From Phoronis australis (Eukaryota > Animalia > Phoronida), in contig NMRA01000071.1 of the NCBI GenBank assembly GCA_002633005.1, positions 12,120 through 76,119 of the forward strand: DNA of 64,000 nt, written 5' to 3'. Under the pieces are notes generated by a model that saw only the letters and a list, made by a program, of their open reading frames with translations, ran no database searches and was not told the DNA's origin. The position numbers and the translations under genes are program-made. Below are positions 52,383 through 63,837 of this stretch, piece by piece (positions within the stretch are counted from its first letter, which is position 1; every line of letters begins with the position of its first letter).

Positions 52383-53640
52383 CCCTTACGAAAAATTCCA
52401 ATGGGATTTCCTAATGGATTTCTATAGGAAGTCCTATAGGAAGTCCTATAGGATCCAATTGGATTTTGTCCCACCAGCCTATAGGATTCCAATAGGATTC
52501 CTATTGGAGCCTATAGGAGTCCTATAGGATCCTGTAGGAACCCTATAGGCTGGTGGGCCAAAATCCAATTGGATCCTATAGGAATCCTATACGAAATCCT
52601 ATAGGATTTCCTAATGTTGTTCTCTGATAGTCAAACTTGTAAGCTTACGTCGAGTGTTTTAATTGCTGTAAAGATAACTGTTCATTGAATCGCGTTTCAG
52701 TGACATCTGTTGTCCAGTTGAAAAACTGTCCATTTAAGTCCCTAAGCCATACAAATGATGAAAACATTTCCTTAGAAGTTTAGACACAACATTATAATTT
52801 ACAACACCAGAAATGAAACAGCTTTAATGACACACACATATATATATATATATATATATGTATATGTTATGTTTTAAGAGAATTTCATATACAAGAAATT
52901 CAGTAGGATTCTATTAGTTCAATAAGATCCTATAGGAAGTTCAATAGGATATTATAGGAAATCCTATAGGAATTTTCTATAAGATTTCCTATTGGATCCT
53001 ATATGATTTCCTACAGGAATCCTATAGGATTTCCTATAGGAATCCTATAGGACTTTTCTGTAGGATTACCTATAGGAGTCTTGTAAGATTTCCTATTGGA
53101 TCCTATAGGATTTCCTATAGGAATCCTATAGGACTTTTCTGTAGGATTACCTATAGGAGTCTTATAAGATTTCCTATTGGATCCTATAGGATTTCCTACA
53201 GGAATTCTATAGGATCCTACAATACTAAGGCATCCAATAGGAAAGCCTATAGAAATGTTTTAGGATATCCTATGAGAAACCTATAGGAATTCGTATAAGT
53301 CTTGAATATATCCAGTGGACAGTTCAATAGGATTCTATAGGAAGTTCAATAGGATTATATGAAGCAATTAACATACATGTACTAAGACTCGTCTGAATAT
53401 TAAAATTTACAAAAATTAATGACTCGGAAGAGCTGAAATTAGATAAAAACAAATCGATATTTTACTATATACTCTTAGGCAATTTGTTTGATAAAATGCT
53501 TAGAAATCAGATTTGTGGTTAAATTCCTGTGTAGGATATTTTCAATAGAAATCTCTATAGGATATCTTGATCCTATAGGATCCTATGATCCTATAGGATC
53601 CTATGATCCTGTAGGATCCTATTGAATATTTTCGTATGGG
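52383..53640. mobile_element. Non-autonomous EnSpm/CACTA-like element, CCC...GGG termini, 2-bp TSD GA
   Basis: cccttacgaaaa...ttttcgtatggg flanked by GA on both sides, with dozens of palindromic cctatagg subrepeats. Confidence 0.75.
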
Positions 53641-53717
53641 GAAGGTCGGTGATAATATTTATTCTTATATTTTGCACTGTACCCGTTCAGTAACAGATTT
53701 CGTAACAATACTTTCAG

Positions 53718-53842
53718 ACAGCCACATGCTAAAGAATTCCTTGAGTTGTGTAAACGGCACATTCCATTTCTTGGAAAGATGGCGTATGGTGAATTTGAAA
53801 AATGGAGACTGGGTCAGCTATCCTGCAAAAAGACCAGGAAAT
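53718..53842 (+). CDS. Exon 5 (phase 2-1): QPHAKEFLELCKRHIPFLGKMAYGEFEKWRLGQLSCKKTRK
   Basis: Acceptor aatactttcag|, donor T|gtaagc. Open in the frame required by exon 4. Amphipathic helix at the position of Cry helix 6. Confidence 0.8.
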
Positions 53843-54879
53843 GTAAGCTGTAGATTCATGTGCTACGTAGTTGCATAAGACATACATTCTTCATACAATT
53901 TCCTCTGCCCTTACCCAATATATTGAATTCATACAAAATTTCTCGCAAACTCACTTGTTCACTACAATCTTCTTCTAAGTGCTGACTCATGGTTTTTTCG
54001 TTTTTTGAACCCAGCTGTGCACTCTTCGTTATTTCCATTGCTGTACCTGTCCTCCTTCGTTGAATAGGTTTAGGTGTCGCTATGAATACGTCCTTTAGCC
54101 CGTTTTGTAGCAAGTCGTAAGTTCGGTCTTAGTTAAGGTTGTCGCAAATTCGAGTTTAGTTTGAACGAAGTTCACTAACGTGGACTCGAATATGGAATTG
54201 ATGAAAACGTTGAGTCCGTATATTGTTACTTCATTCCAGATTCCGGTGAAATTAGAACCAGGCATTGTGTTTTGAACTTTATTTCTGTGGTATCAGTGTT
54301 TTGAAACCAGGAATCTGGAACTCAAACATTGTTCCATGTTCCAGTGATGTAGAACAATGATACTAACTGTAGTTTCAGGTTCATAATTTAATTTTGACAA
54401 TGCACTGTCTCCGGATTTTGTTCCGCTGAGCAGTGACACTTACCTTTTATCATTGTACGTCCGCCGGATATTGGTCAGCTCTGCTGCGCCCAACCCCTTC
54501 ATCACTTGTGCATACGCCGGATGTTGGTGAGCTGTGTTTGGCATGTCCCCTTTAACATTTTCCGTCGCTGGAAAGTGGTCAGCTGTGCTGTGGCACTTCA
54601 ATATTAACTTTGACAGACATTGCATTGTGTTCATGTACGACGTCATTGTGCCAGCATGTCTCGCTCAACGGCAAATAGAAAAGGCATTAACGAGTAGACC
54701 AAATGCATATTTACAGAGAAAAATCACGAAATTCGAGAATGTGCTCTTGAATTGTTGTTTTTCAATATATTTTCTTTACAAAGGAACAATTAACTTCCAT
54801 AAATTGGAAAGTTTACTTTTTGGGATTAATATAAAAGTTGCATGGTAGAAATTGCACTTAGCAACTCACAACTGGTGGT

Positions 54880-55837
54880 ATACGTGGTGGAGAATTACCG
54901 AGTGTGTGGCAAACATTTTCTGTCGAGCTGTAGCCTCTACAGCGAGTGGAGGCACTTCTTCTACTCCCATCCGTGCCTCCGAACGTACCCCCACAGCGTG
55001 CAATTCCAGGAACTAGCAGTAATTCGCCCTATGCTGCTGTGGTCTCAAGCCCAGAGCCTGTAAGCAACCCTGCAGCGATGTTGTGTATTGGGAGTGAAAA
55101 CAGGCCCAGTTCGACACCCAATGAGGAGTACAGTGAACAGGCCATTGAGCCAAACTTTGATAAGTTTATTGTGGACTTGACTAAGCTATTGGAGCTATTT
55201 AAAAGGTGCCAGGTGTACGTGTGGTGAGTGAGTCACATGTCGATATGCAAGCAGTTTGGGTGCTCAGGTGACCATCCAATGGGAACAGCATAGGCATTCC
55301 ATTGAGGTCTGCATAACAGTGCACACCGTGCATTTGGATCAAGACGTCCCACCACGTCTGTCCTCAGTCTGCCTCATCCCTCTCATCACCTGTCTGTCCG
55401 TATTCTGCCTCACTGTGCTCGGGCTCAAACATATATTCACCCACTGACTGTTCGTGAAAAAATCCATCGTCGCATCTGCTATAAAAAATGTCTCCGTCAC
55501 TCACAGCGCTATGTCTGTGATATGGGGTCGCCAACTCCAGCCATTTCAGGCTACCACAAACCAAACGAATCCTAAATCTAACGTTATCGAGTTCTCTAAC
55601 AACCCAGATTGTTGTAGAATACTCGTCGATGGGAAGTGATGACGGCAATTTTTGCACGAAAACAGCAGCAGAACAGATCCTCACAGTAAACTCACATGCA
55701 GAAAAAATGGCGCGAAATTCTTAACACCCAAGACTTCACTTCCACAGGAGAGCATGACTAATTAACAAATTACTGGAAGCCATAATCAACGAACCGCAAT
55801 TTTACTAAAACTGACATGAAAAAAGATTGCCTTCTCC
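54880..55837. mobile_element. Second, more decayed copy of the 46.5-kb Kolobok family in opposite orientation
   Basis: VENYRVCGKHF...EPNFDKFIVDLTKLLELFKRCQV on + and YMFEPE on -. Right TIR ...gattgccttctcc|ttaa. Confidence 0.8.
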
Positions 55838-55929
55838 TTAAGTTTTGACATGTTTCGATGTGACTTGTCAGAAACGAAATGGCGTTATCTTACACGGAAA
55901 GAACAGTGACATAGTCCAGTCATTCACGG

Positions 55930-56825
55930 ATGACCCGGAAAAAAACTGCAACAGAAGATTTTATTGCATAAATCGTATCCTCTCACACCCCTTAGTGTGA
56001 GAAAAAAAGTCTACCGGAATCGGAGTAGCGAAAGTTGGTTTTTCAAGATGGCGAACAAAATGGCCGCCAGATTTGCAGATGACCATTATAACTTGAGAGT
56101 GGAATGTGATAGAATAAAAATTCAAAAAGGTTTACCTATCTTTCATGGGTCAGCAAATCCATCATTTTCCAAGATGGCCGTCAAAACTACTTTGGCTTCG
56201 AGTCGCACAACTTTGCACGAACACATTAGTGTGTCGTCTTGCTTCAAACATTGCATCATAGGTTTTCTGGGTGGACTAATCCATTGACATTCGTTGCATT
56301 TGGCTTTAATGATTACTTCCACCATTTCCAAGATGGCGAACAAAATGGCCGCCAGATTTGCAGATGATCATTTTGTCAGCCATCTTGATTTTTTCTCACC
56401 AACCAGTGACCAATTGTAACGTTCAGATATTTTCGATTGTCTAACGTACAGAAGAATAAAAATTTTGCCATTTTCAGGGCAAAATATAAAAAGAAATCTT
56501 GCAACATGTACCAAATTGCCGTTTCGGCCGCCATTTTGTCTGCCATATTGGTTTTATTTCACGGAAAATTGGCATCTTTTGATTGGTATGCCTTTTATGA
56601 AAAGTATAAAATCAATGGCAAACTTTATTGTTTTATTTCCAGCTGTTACATATGAGTAACATGCCAGAAAGCAGTAAACACCGGTTTTGGCGGCCATTTT
56701 TCCGCCATCTTGAAAAACCGACTTCCGCCACTCCGATATCGGTAGACTTTTTTCTGGCGCCAACGGATGTTTGAAGAGGTCATTTATGCAAAAAACCTTC
56801 TGTTGCAATTTGTTCTAGGTTGGGC
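55930..56825. mobile_element. Non-autonomous TIR element with ~140-bp diverged inverted ends
   Basis: aaactgcaacagaag..ttgcataaat..aaaagtctaccg..tcggagt..caagatggcg is mirrored at 56690-56820. Boundaries are approximate. Confidence 0.6.
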
Positions 56826-56937
56826 CCTAGAATGACTGGACTAATAGTGAGCTATACTCTGTATCAGAGTATGAAATTAATGGCAATACAGCAGGCTAGT
56901 GAGAACCTGGTATCAGCCTCCTATTTCTTCAAACCTG

Positions 56938-57906
56938 GCTACTACCACCACCACCACCCCCACCCCCACTACAAATACCACAACCACTACCACTACTTCA
57001 ACTACCACCACTACTACATCTACCACTAATCCTTCTACAACTACTACTACTACAATTGTTACTACTACTACTACTACTACTACTACCACTACTACCAATA
57101 CCACTACTACTATCACCACTACCACAAATACTACAACCACTTCTACTACTACTACTTCTACTATTACTACCACTTCTACTTCTACTACTACTATAACTCC
57201 TATTAATATTACTACTACTTCTGCCACTATCACTAGCACTACTACTACTGCTACTATAACAACAACTACTACTATTACTATTAATGCCACTATTGTTACT
57301 ACTACTACTATCACTAGCACCACTACTACAACTACTACTACTTCTACTACCACTACCACTACTACTAGTACTATTAATATTATTACTACTACTACATCTA
57401 CTACCACCACGACTCCTACTGCTATCATTACAGCCACTACTTCTACTATTAATACTACTATTAGTACTAATACTACCACTACCACGGCTCCCACTACCAC
57501 TGCCACAACCACTATTACTACAACTACAACTACTACTACCTCTGCCACTACTACTACCACTGCTACTACTACTTCTACTACTGCCTCTAGTACTACCAAC
57601 ACTACCGCTACTTTTAGTGCTAGTTCTACTACTACCTCTACCAATATTACTACTTCAGCTATTACTGCCCCTACCCCAAACACTACTACTACTACTAGTA
57701 CTACTACTACTATTACTTCTACTACTACTACTACTACTGCTGCTACTACGTCTGCTATTACTACCACTACTACTACCACTACTGCTACTACTACTAATAC
57801 TATTATTATTACTACTACTACTACTTCTACCACTACTACCACTACTAGCACTACTACTTCTACTACTACTACTGCTATTACTACGAGGACCACTACCACT
57901 ACTGAN

Positions 57907-57939
<33 letters not shown>

Positions 57940-58212
57940 ATACTAATACTATTATTATTACTACTGCTACTACCACTACTACTTCTACTACTACTACTGC
58001 TATTACTACGAGGACCACTACCACTACTGGTACTATTACTACTACTGCCACTACCACTACCAATATTACTACCACTATCACTACTACTTGTACTACTATT
58101 ACTACTGCTACCACTACTATTACTGCTACTACTTCTGATATTACTACCAGGACTACTACCACTACTGCCACTACCACCACTACAACTACTACTACTAACA
58201 CTACTACAACTA
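56938..58212. repeat. Degenerate (ACT/ACC)n trinucleotide array (intron 5)
   Basis: Read directly from the sequence; a single N at 57906. Confidence 0.95.
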
Positions 58213-58595
58213 CATTATCAAGACACGCAAGGGGCTGTTCTTAATCATTCTTTGACCACTGATCACACTTTAGATTACTCTGGTGTTCACATCTTGAACA
58301 AGGATAATGCCACCCTCAGGTTCCTCACGAAGTGGGCCATGCATATAAAGTTGAATTACACTGAGCACTATCTGAATAGAAACATTGGCTCATTTGAAAT
58401 CCAACTGTTTTGATTTCTGGTCTCTCCCCTCACAATGCATTTCGACGTGTACCTATCCAGACTGTTCTCCACCTGCATTACCTGTCTGGAATAGTGTGAA
58501 CATTTGTCTTGAGAATGGTTTAGTGACAATAAACTGAAACTTCGATTAATACAATGTCTTTGTTTACATATGCACTGGTTTTGAAGTTCGTGCTC
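58213..58595 (+). mobile_element. Penelope-like 3' fragment (GIY-YIG C-terminus + pLTR)
   Basis: GAVLNHSLTTDHTLDYSGVHILNKD...WAMHIK...LNRNIG. Homologous to 44720-45085. Confidence 0.7.
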
Positions 58596-58660
58596 ACGTT
58601 TTGGTCTAAAACAAATGTGATTGATTTAACGTTAGTGTGTCAACATTCCTCTTGATTCAG

Positions 58661-58752
58661 ATGCTTGGCGGACTGTATACTACCTGTTTGAATGGAAAGA
58701 TGAGGTGACAGGAACGTACAAACAGGCACGAAAGAACACAAGACAAGGAAAC
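58661..58752 (+). CDS. Exon 6 (phase 1-0): (Y)AWRTVYYLFEWKDEVTGTYKQARKNTRQGN
   Basis: Acceptor attcctcttgattcag|, donor AAC|gtaagt, phase-compatible with both neighbours. Confidence 0.75.
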
Positions 58753-59024
58753 GTAAGTAATTGGTACAACTGCTGAATGGTGGACATTTCTTCGATGAAA
58801 AGAGTGCAGAGAAGTTGCAGCCTAATTCCACCAAAGGTGGTAATTTTTAATTGGACACTTGTAATATTTAGAGTCATTCGCTACAGGTTCCCAGATTTGT
58901 ATTTAGCTTGGAATTATATCTTGCAGGCTCTACTTAAACGGTTTATTGTGTGTAATGCGAACATGTCAGCATTTGCTCCCTTGCACTATGAACTTTCAAT
59001 TTTCTGCTGAATTGACATCCATAG

Positions 59025-59160
59025 GAACTGGCAGGCTGGTGCAAAGCCTATAAAGACAGTGTACAGAAGCAAGTAGACGAATATGTTCTGACCTTGAGGG
59101 ATACGGTCAAATCATGGGCAACGATGTTTAACAATTTGGCGAGAAACCCCTTCGTAAAAG
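59025..59160 (+). CDS. Exon 7 (phase 0-1): ELAGWCKAYKDSVQKQVDEYVLTLRDTVKSWATMFNNLARNPFVK
   Basis: Acceptor gacatccatag|, donor G|gtacga, open amphipathic helix, phase-compatible. Confidence 0.7.
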
Positions 59161-60133
59161 GTACGACATTATGCTCGATAAATAATAACCTGTGGCATAT
59201 AACATTATTGGCGGTCAATCTCACATATTCAACACAAATCCGGCTCCACTCTGAATTCATTTAACTTCAATATAACTGAATATGGACATTGGTTAGTGAC
59301 AAAAAAGTGACCAGAAAGCGAAGGAGCATTAGGCGGTTTAACGGGAAGCTGAGGGGAAGCATATTACTTTAACCCAGGAACGCCAAATTCAATCTGGCGC
59401 TGATGAGATTGCGCCGCGCATGCGTGATGTTTTGCATTCGTTTGTTCCAGTGTTGGTTCCTGCTTCGGTTTTACTGTCACTAAATCTTTATGCATCCTGA
59501 CCGTTTTTTCAATCGAATTGCGTAAGAGTCATATCATTAGCAAGCCCTTTGTCAGTTCTTGATGGTGTCTGATTATCCAGAAGCACAAGGTAAATAATTT
59601 AATTAATAAAGAATTATCATTTCCTATACCTCAAAGGTTTAAAAATATCCTTTAATTCTCAAAACCAAAGAGTGTTACCAAAATGCGAAAAACAGCATGG
59701 TGTAATATAATAGTAACATAAAATTGAAATTGAACCAGACAGGCTACATATAAATGACTAGTTGAACCATCAGGGGAATACTTTCAACGATTCAAACGAT
59801 TTCTACCCTATGAAGGCAAAGAGTTTAGATTATATGCATCTCCCACAGTTGCTGTGAATGATTTAGTCTGGCATTCATTCAAAATTGTACATCTATAAGT
59901 GGATATTTGGCGCAGCTTGATACAATTACATTCTTCAGTGAAAATTCAGGAAGCAGTGACATTTACAAAAATTGTGAAAAACTAATTACTCCAACAAACT
60001 ATTCGAAATTTGCAGATAAAAGTTCCCTGGAAGATGCAAAACTAGCAAACATCTATTGTGTAGGTTTGAAATGTACTGTTGATAACTCATCACATTGGTT
60101 ACAGTGTAGAACTTTCCATAGAAGTAAAAATCA

Positions 60134-60477
60134 GTGTTGCTGGTATATGTAGTTCATGTTACCGTAAATAAGTGGTGCTGGTATATGTAGTGCATGCTAC
60201 CGTAAACTAGTGGTGCTGGTATATGTAGTGCGTGTTACCGTAAACAAGTGGTGCTGGTATATGTAGTGCGTGTTACCGTAAACAAGTGGTGCTGGTATAT
60301 GTAGTGCGTGTTACCGTAAACAAGTGGTGCTGGTATATGTAGTGCATGTTACCGTAAACAAGTGGTGCTGGTATATGTAGTGCGTGTTACCGTAAACAAG
60401 TGGTGCTGGTATATGTAGTGCGTGTTACCGTAAACAAGTGGTGCTGGTATATGTAGTGCGTGTTACCGTAAACAAGA
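60134..60477. repeat. 38-bp minisatellite, ~9 copies
   Basis: gtggtgctggtatatgtagtgcgtgttaccgtaaacaa repeated. Confidence 0.95.
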
Positions 60478-61296
60478 GGCTATGGAACACATTTTTATTA
60501 TTGTTATGTTAATTAAGGAAAGTGAACTCTTGCAAATAACAATAATCATAACAAAGAGACTATGTTATTTTGAACACCTGTTGCTTAGTCAACATTCGAG
60601 AATGAGAAAACCGGACAACTGGATTAAAAATCGGGATTTCTGGATAAAAACGGGACGTCTGGGTATAAGCCAAAACACGAGGGTGACATGCTCGCCGCAA
60701 CATACAAAAACGTTCCGACAGCATTTTTGTCAAAAGGGAGACGTAACACCCGAAAGTGCCTGACGTGGTTTCTTTGGTTTTTTGTCGAATGGCAAAGTGC
60801 GGGTGCAGCAAAAAAACATGAAACGTCCCGTTTTTCCTCATTAATCAAACGGAAGAATAGTTTGAAAGATTTCAATTTGGCCGTATGCCAAACAGTGGGA
60901 CATTGTGATGGTGTGGCGAGATGATGGAAAAAATTCAAAAAGTGGGACAATCCGCCAAGAGCGGGGCAACTCAGTGGCAAGTACACACTACGCTGTCAAA
61001 ACTACAGAGTACTGGATTGAGTTCGATTACGAGGTAAAGTTTTCATTTCTTAAAACTTCATATCACCGGTATAGAGAAATGCTACAGATAGCGGTACTGC
61101 TCAAAAATCCAATTAACAAAAAGCATCTGGGCAACAGACAGGTAAGTGAGTTATTACAGAAAAATGAAAACACGAATAACACACGCACGCACACACACAC
61201 ACACACACAAACACACACGCATGCACGCGCGCACACGCACACGTTCTTAGCTACGCAATTGTGAGCAGATTTTCGCAAGTTACGGAGTAAGTAGGA

Positions 61297-61385
61297 GCTG
61301 ACCTTTACACTTATGATTGCTGACCTTTACACTTATGATTGCTGACCTTTACACTTATGATTGCTGACCTTTACACTTATAATTG
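61297..61385. repeat. 22-bp tandem repeat, 4 copies
   Basis: gctgacctttacacttatgatt repeated. Confidence 0.92.
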
Positions 61386-62558
61386 CAGAACTAACAGTGG
61401 AAACCAAATGTCTCTTCCTTTTGTAAAATACTGTAACATGACTTTAACACCCGAAACTGACTTGTTGAAAAATCCTGGCATGTAGTTTGATAGGCTGTCG
61501 AAGGTGGTTCTAAGATTGGAGCTGAAGAGATGTCAGAGGCCAGACTATTCCCGGCATCCAGCTAGGGCCACAGGTCCGCGCGTAAAGAATGTCCAGGTGT
61601 AATTGTCGGGTTTTTGACTAATTTTGCCGAGACATCTTTGGTTGTCTGGAGCCGTAGCTCAGGAATCTCGCTTGATGCAAAAAATGACAAAATGAAAATG
61701 AAGCAATGAAATTAGGCTTAATTTGATAACTGCAACACTCGATCAAATCTCAGTCTAGAATACAGAAATACAGACGAAAATTTCCAGTGCAAACTCTCAC
61801 GGCTAGTTGTCTCGGGGTCACAAACTCTAATAATAGAAGGAATAGTTCGGTTACTGTGGTGTACTTCGTGATAGAAACAACCAGAGTTAAGGGCCGTAGG
61901 AGGCGGGGGGGGGGTCGTGAGGGGCACGTACAGGCGTCAGGGTTAAGCCATGGCCACCGACACAGGCGTGGACCAGACTCGAGAAAAGAAAGACTACGAA
62001 CACGGATAAGAGAGAAAGTTAAAGAGAATATTTGACAACTCAGTACCAGTGCATGATTTACCATTTGAGGGTCCTGGCCATGACATTTTTGTTAGGGTCT
62101 CGGTTTTTGCAACATGTAGGTTGTCTAAACGCACTTGAAAACGTGCACTTAATGTTTTTGGAAAAATCCAGAAAACTCGTAAAGCGGAACTTTTGCGGAG
62201 CATATTAATTCATTGGATTTTAAATTCAATAAGCCATTTTTGAAAATGAAGAAATGCAGAGGCCTTTCCTTATCAAGGGATAACAGCGACATCTGTCGTT
62301 CTATTTTTCGTGTTTTTCTCTAAATTGTCCATCCCTTGAGAAAATTGATGGCCTGGCAGATAACATCAATTGCTGCGCACTTCCTGACTTTTTAAAATAT
62401 AGATCTTTTCAAGCGGTCGTGGTTGTAAAATGTAAGGAATATTGTCGAATGGCGAAACCTTGGGGTGTGTCACTGTGGTTGCGTGTCAGTATGCACTCAG
62501 CACGTAAATTGCATGTAACCATCCTTCAGGAACAACAAGCTTTCTTGTCATTTTCAAG

Positions 62559-62717
62559 GTTTCACAGCCACGGACAGTAAAATCACTACAGACGGCAAGT
62601 TGTGTAAGCTTCCGTTTACCTACAGCGGAAAGAGCTACTCCAAATGTACATCCGTTGACCACACCCAGCCATGGTGCATCGTACAAGGAGACAGTTGGGG
62701 AAACTGTTATTCTGCTG
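62559..62717 (+). CDS. Exon 8 (phase 1-1): fibronectin type II domain (G)FTATDSKITTDGKLCKLPFTYSGKSYSKCTSVDHTQPWCIVQGDSWGNCYSA
   Basis: Acceptor tttcttgtcattttcaag|, donor G|gtaatt. Complete FN2 pattern C-x-x-PF-x-Y-x-G-xx-Y-xx-CT...PWC...WG-x-C with 4 Cys. Confidence 0.9.
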
Positions 62718-62731
62718 GTAATTCCATACTG

Positions 62732-62942
62732 TGACATGGTAAACCTGACATGGTAAACCTGACATGGTACACCTGACATGGTAAACCAGACATGGTACAC
62801 CTGGCATGGTACATCTGACGTGTTAAACCTGACATGGTAAACCTGACATGGTAAACCTGACATGGTATACATGACATGGTAAAACTGACATGGTAAACAT
62901 GACATGGTAAAACTGACATGGTAAACCTGACATGGTAAACCT
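62732..62942. repeat. 14-bp minisatellite, ~15 copies
   Basis: acatggtaaacctg repeated. Confidence 0.95.
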
Positions 62943-63166
62943 GGGGCTCGTTCCAACAAAACTGACTTAGCTAAGACAAACATTTGAAATAAAAATTAAA
63001 TTTGTCTCAAAACCATTTCAAGAAAGATATCTTAAGTGTTTGACATAGGTTTTGTCTTAATTTTGACTAACTTACCGAATGGGAAGTTTCAAAGGTTTGG
63101 AAGTTAAGACAAATCTTAGACTTAAGTAAAAAATGAACTTAAGTCTGTTTCTTGGAGCATGCCCCT
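62943..63166. mobile_element. Small MITE with GGGGC...GCCCC inverted ends
   Basis: ggggctcgttccaacaaaactgactta and taagtctgtttcttggagcatgcccc. TSD not clear. Confidence 0.5.
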
Positions 63167-63837
63167 TAAAGTGCTATTAAAACATACACCTCCTTTCAAA
63201 GATCAACTTTTGATTTAACTCACTTAGCTGTTATAAATGTTAATACCTTTATCTTGGTACAGTCACCAGTTGACATCGTGCGAATTCCTGGCGATTTATT
63301 TACAAACAATTTCAATTAATGCCAACGGATAAGAACGCGATAACGATTCTTTAAAAGACCAAACGCCGTGAACTTGGTTGAGTTTTATGCACCCACATAT
63401 TTATATGTCGGCGTATATTGCCATCATCTCTGTCCGGGCTTCCAGCGTCCGGCGTCCGGTGCTGTATCTCATCCACGCCTCGTAGAAGGATGTTAATGAG
63501 ACTTGGCAGATGTTCCCTTGTGATTCTCACAACAGACGAGTTACAGACCGATCCAATTACCGCTCCGTCCCCTAGTGGCAATTTTATTTTTTTCGCTTGC
63601 TTCTCTATATTTGAAGTTCCTATATGGATTGTCATGAAACTAAGCAAATAGGTTTCTGTTGAAGAGACGACGACGTCTTCTCTTTTTCAGACGGATTTTA
63701 CGCATTCTGCGGCACCTGGTAGCCACTTTCATTATTGTCCGTTTTTTGGCATCCGCCTCGTTATCCATCAAACTCCTTAAAGAATCATTATAAAATTTAG
63801 CAGTTGTCTTTCTGATGGGAAGACCATGGCTGACGTT

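Noticed and set aside
56899-58413. 504-aa Thr-rich 'mucin' ORF
   Set aside because: It is an (ACT)n array with a frame change at an N, ending in a Penelope GIY-YIG fragment. It has no good splice sites, and exons 5 and 6 join in phase without it.
59907-60152. ORF or exon candidate between exons 7 and 8
   Set aside because: The required phase-1 frame hits a stop within 16 codons.
60134-60477. CRISPR-like appearance of the 38-39 bp repeats (also 14534-14804 and 19753-19948)
   Set aside because: Head-to-tail repeats without unique spacers, no cas genes, eukaryotic context.
63351-63830. Minus-strand ORFs including an Arg/Lys-rich stretch
   Set aside because: No recognisable domain or consistent splice structure; cannot be supported from sequence alone.
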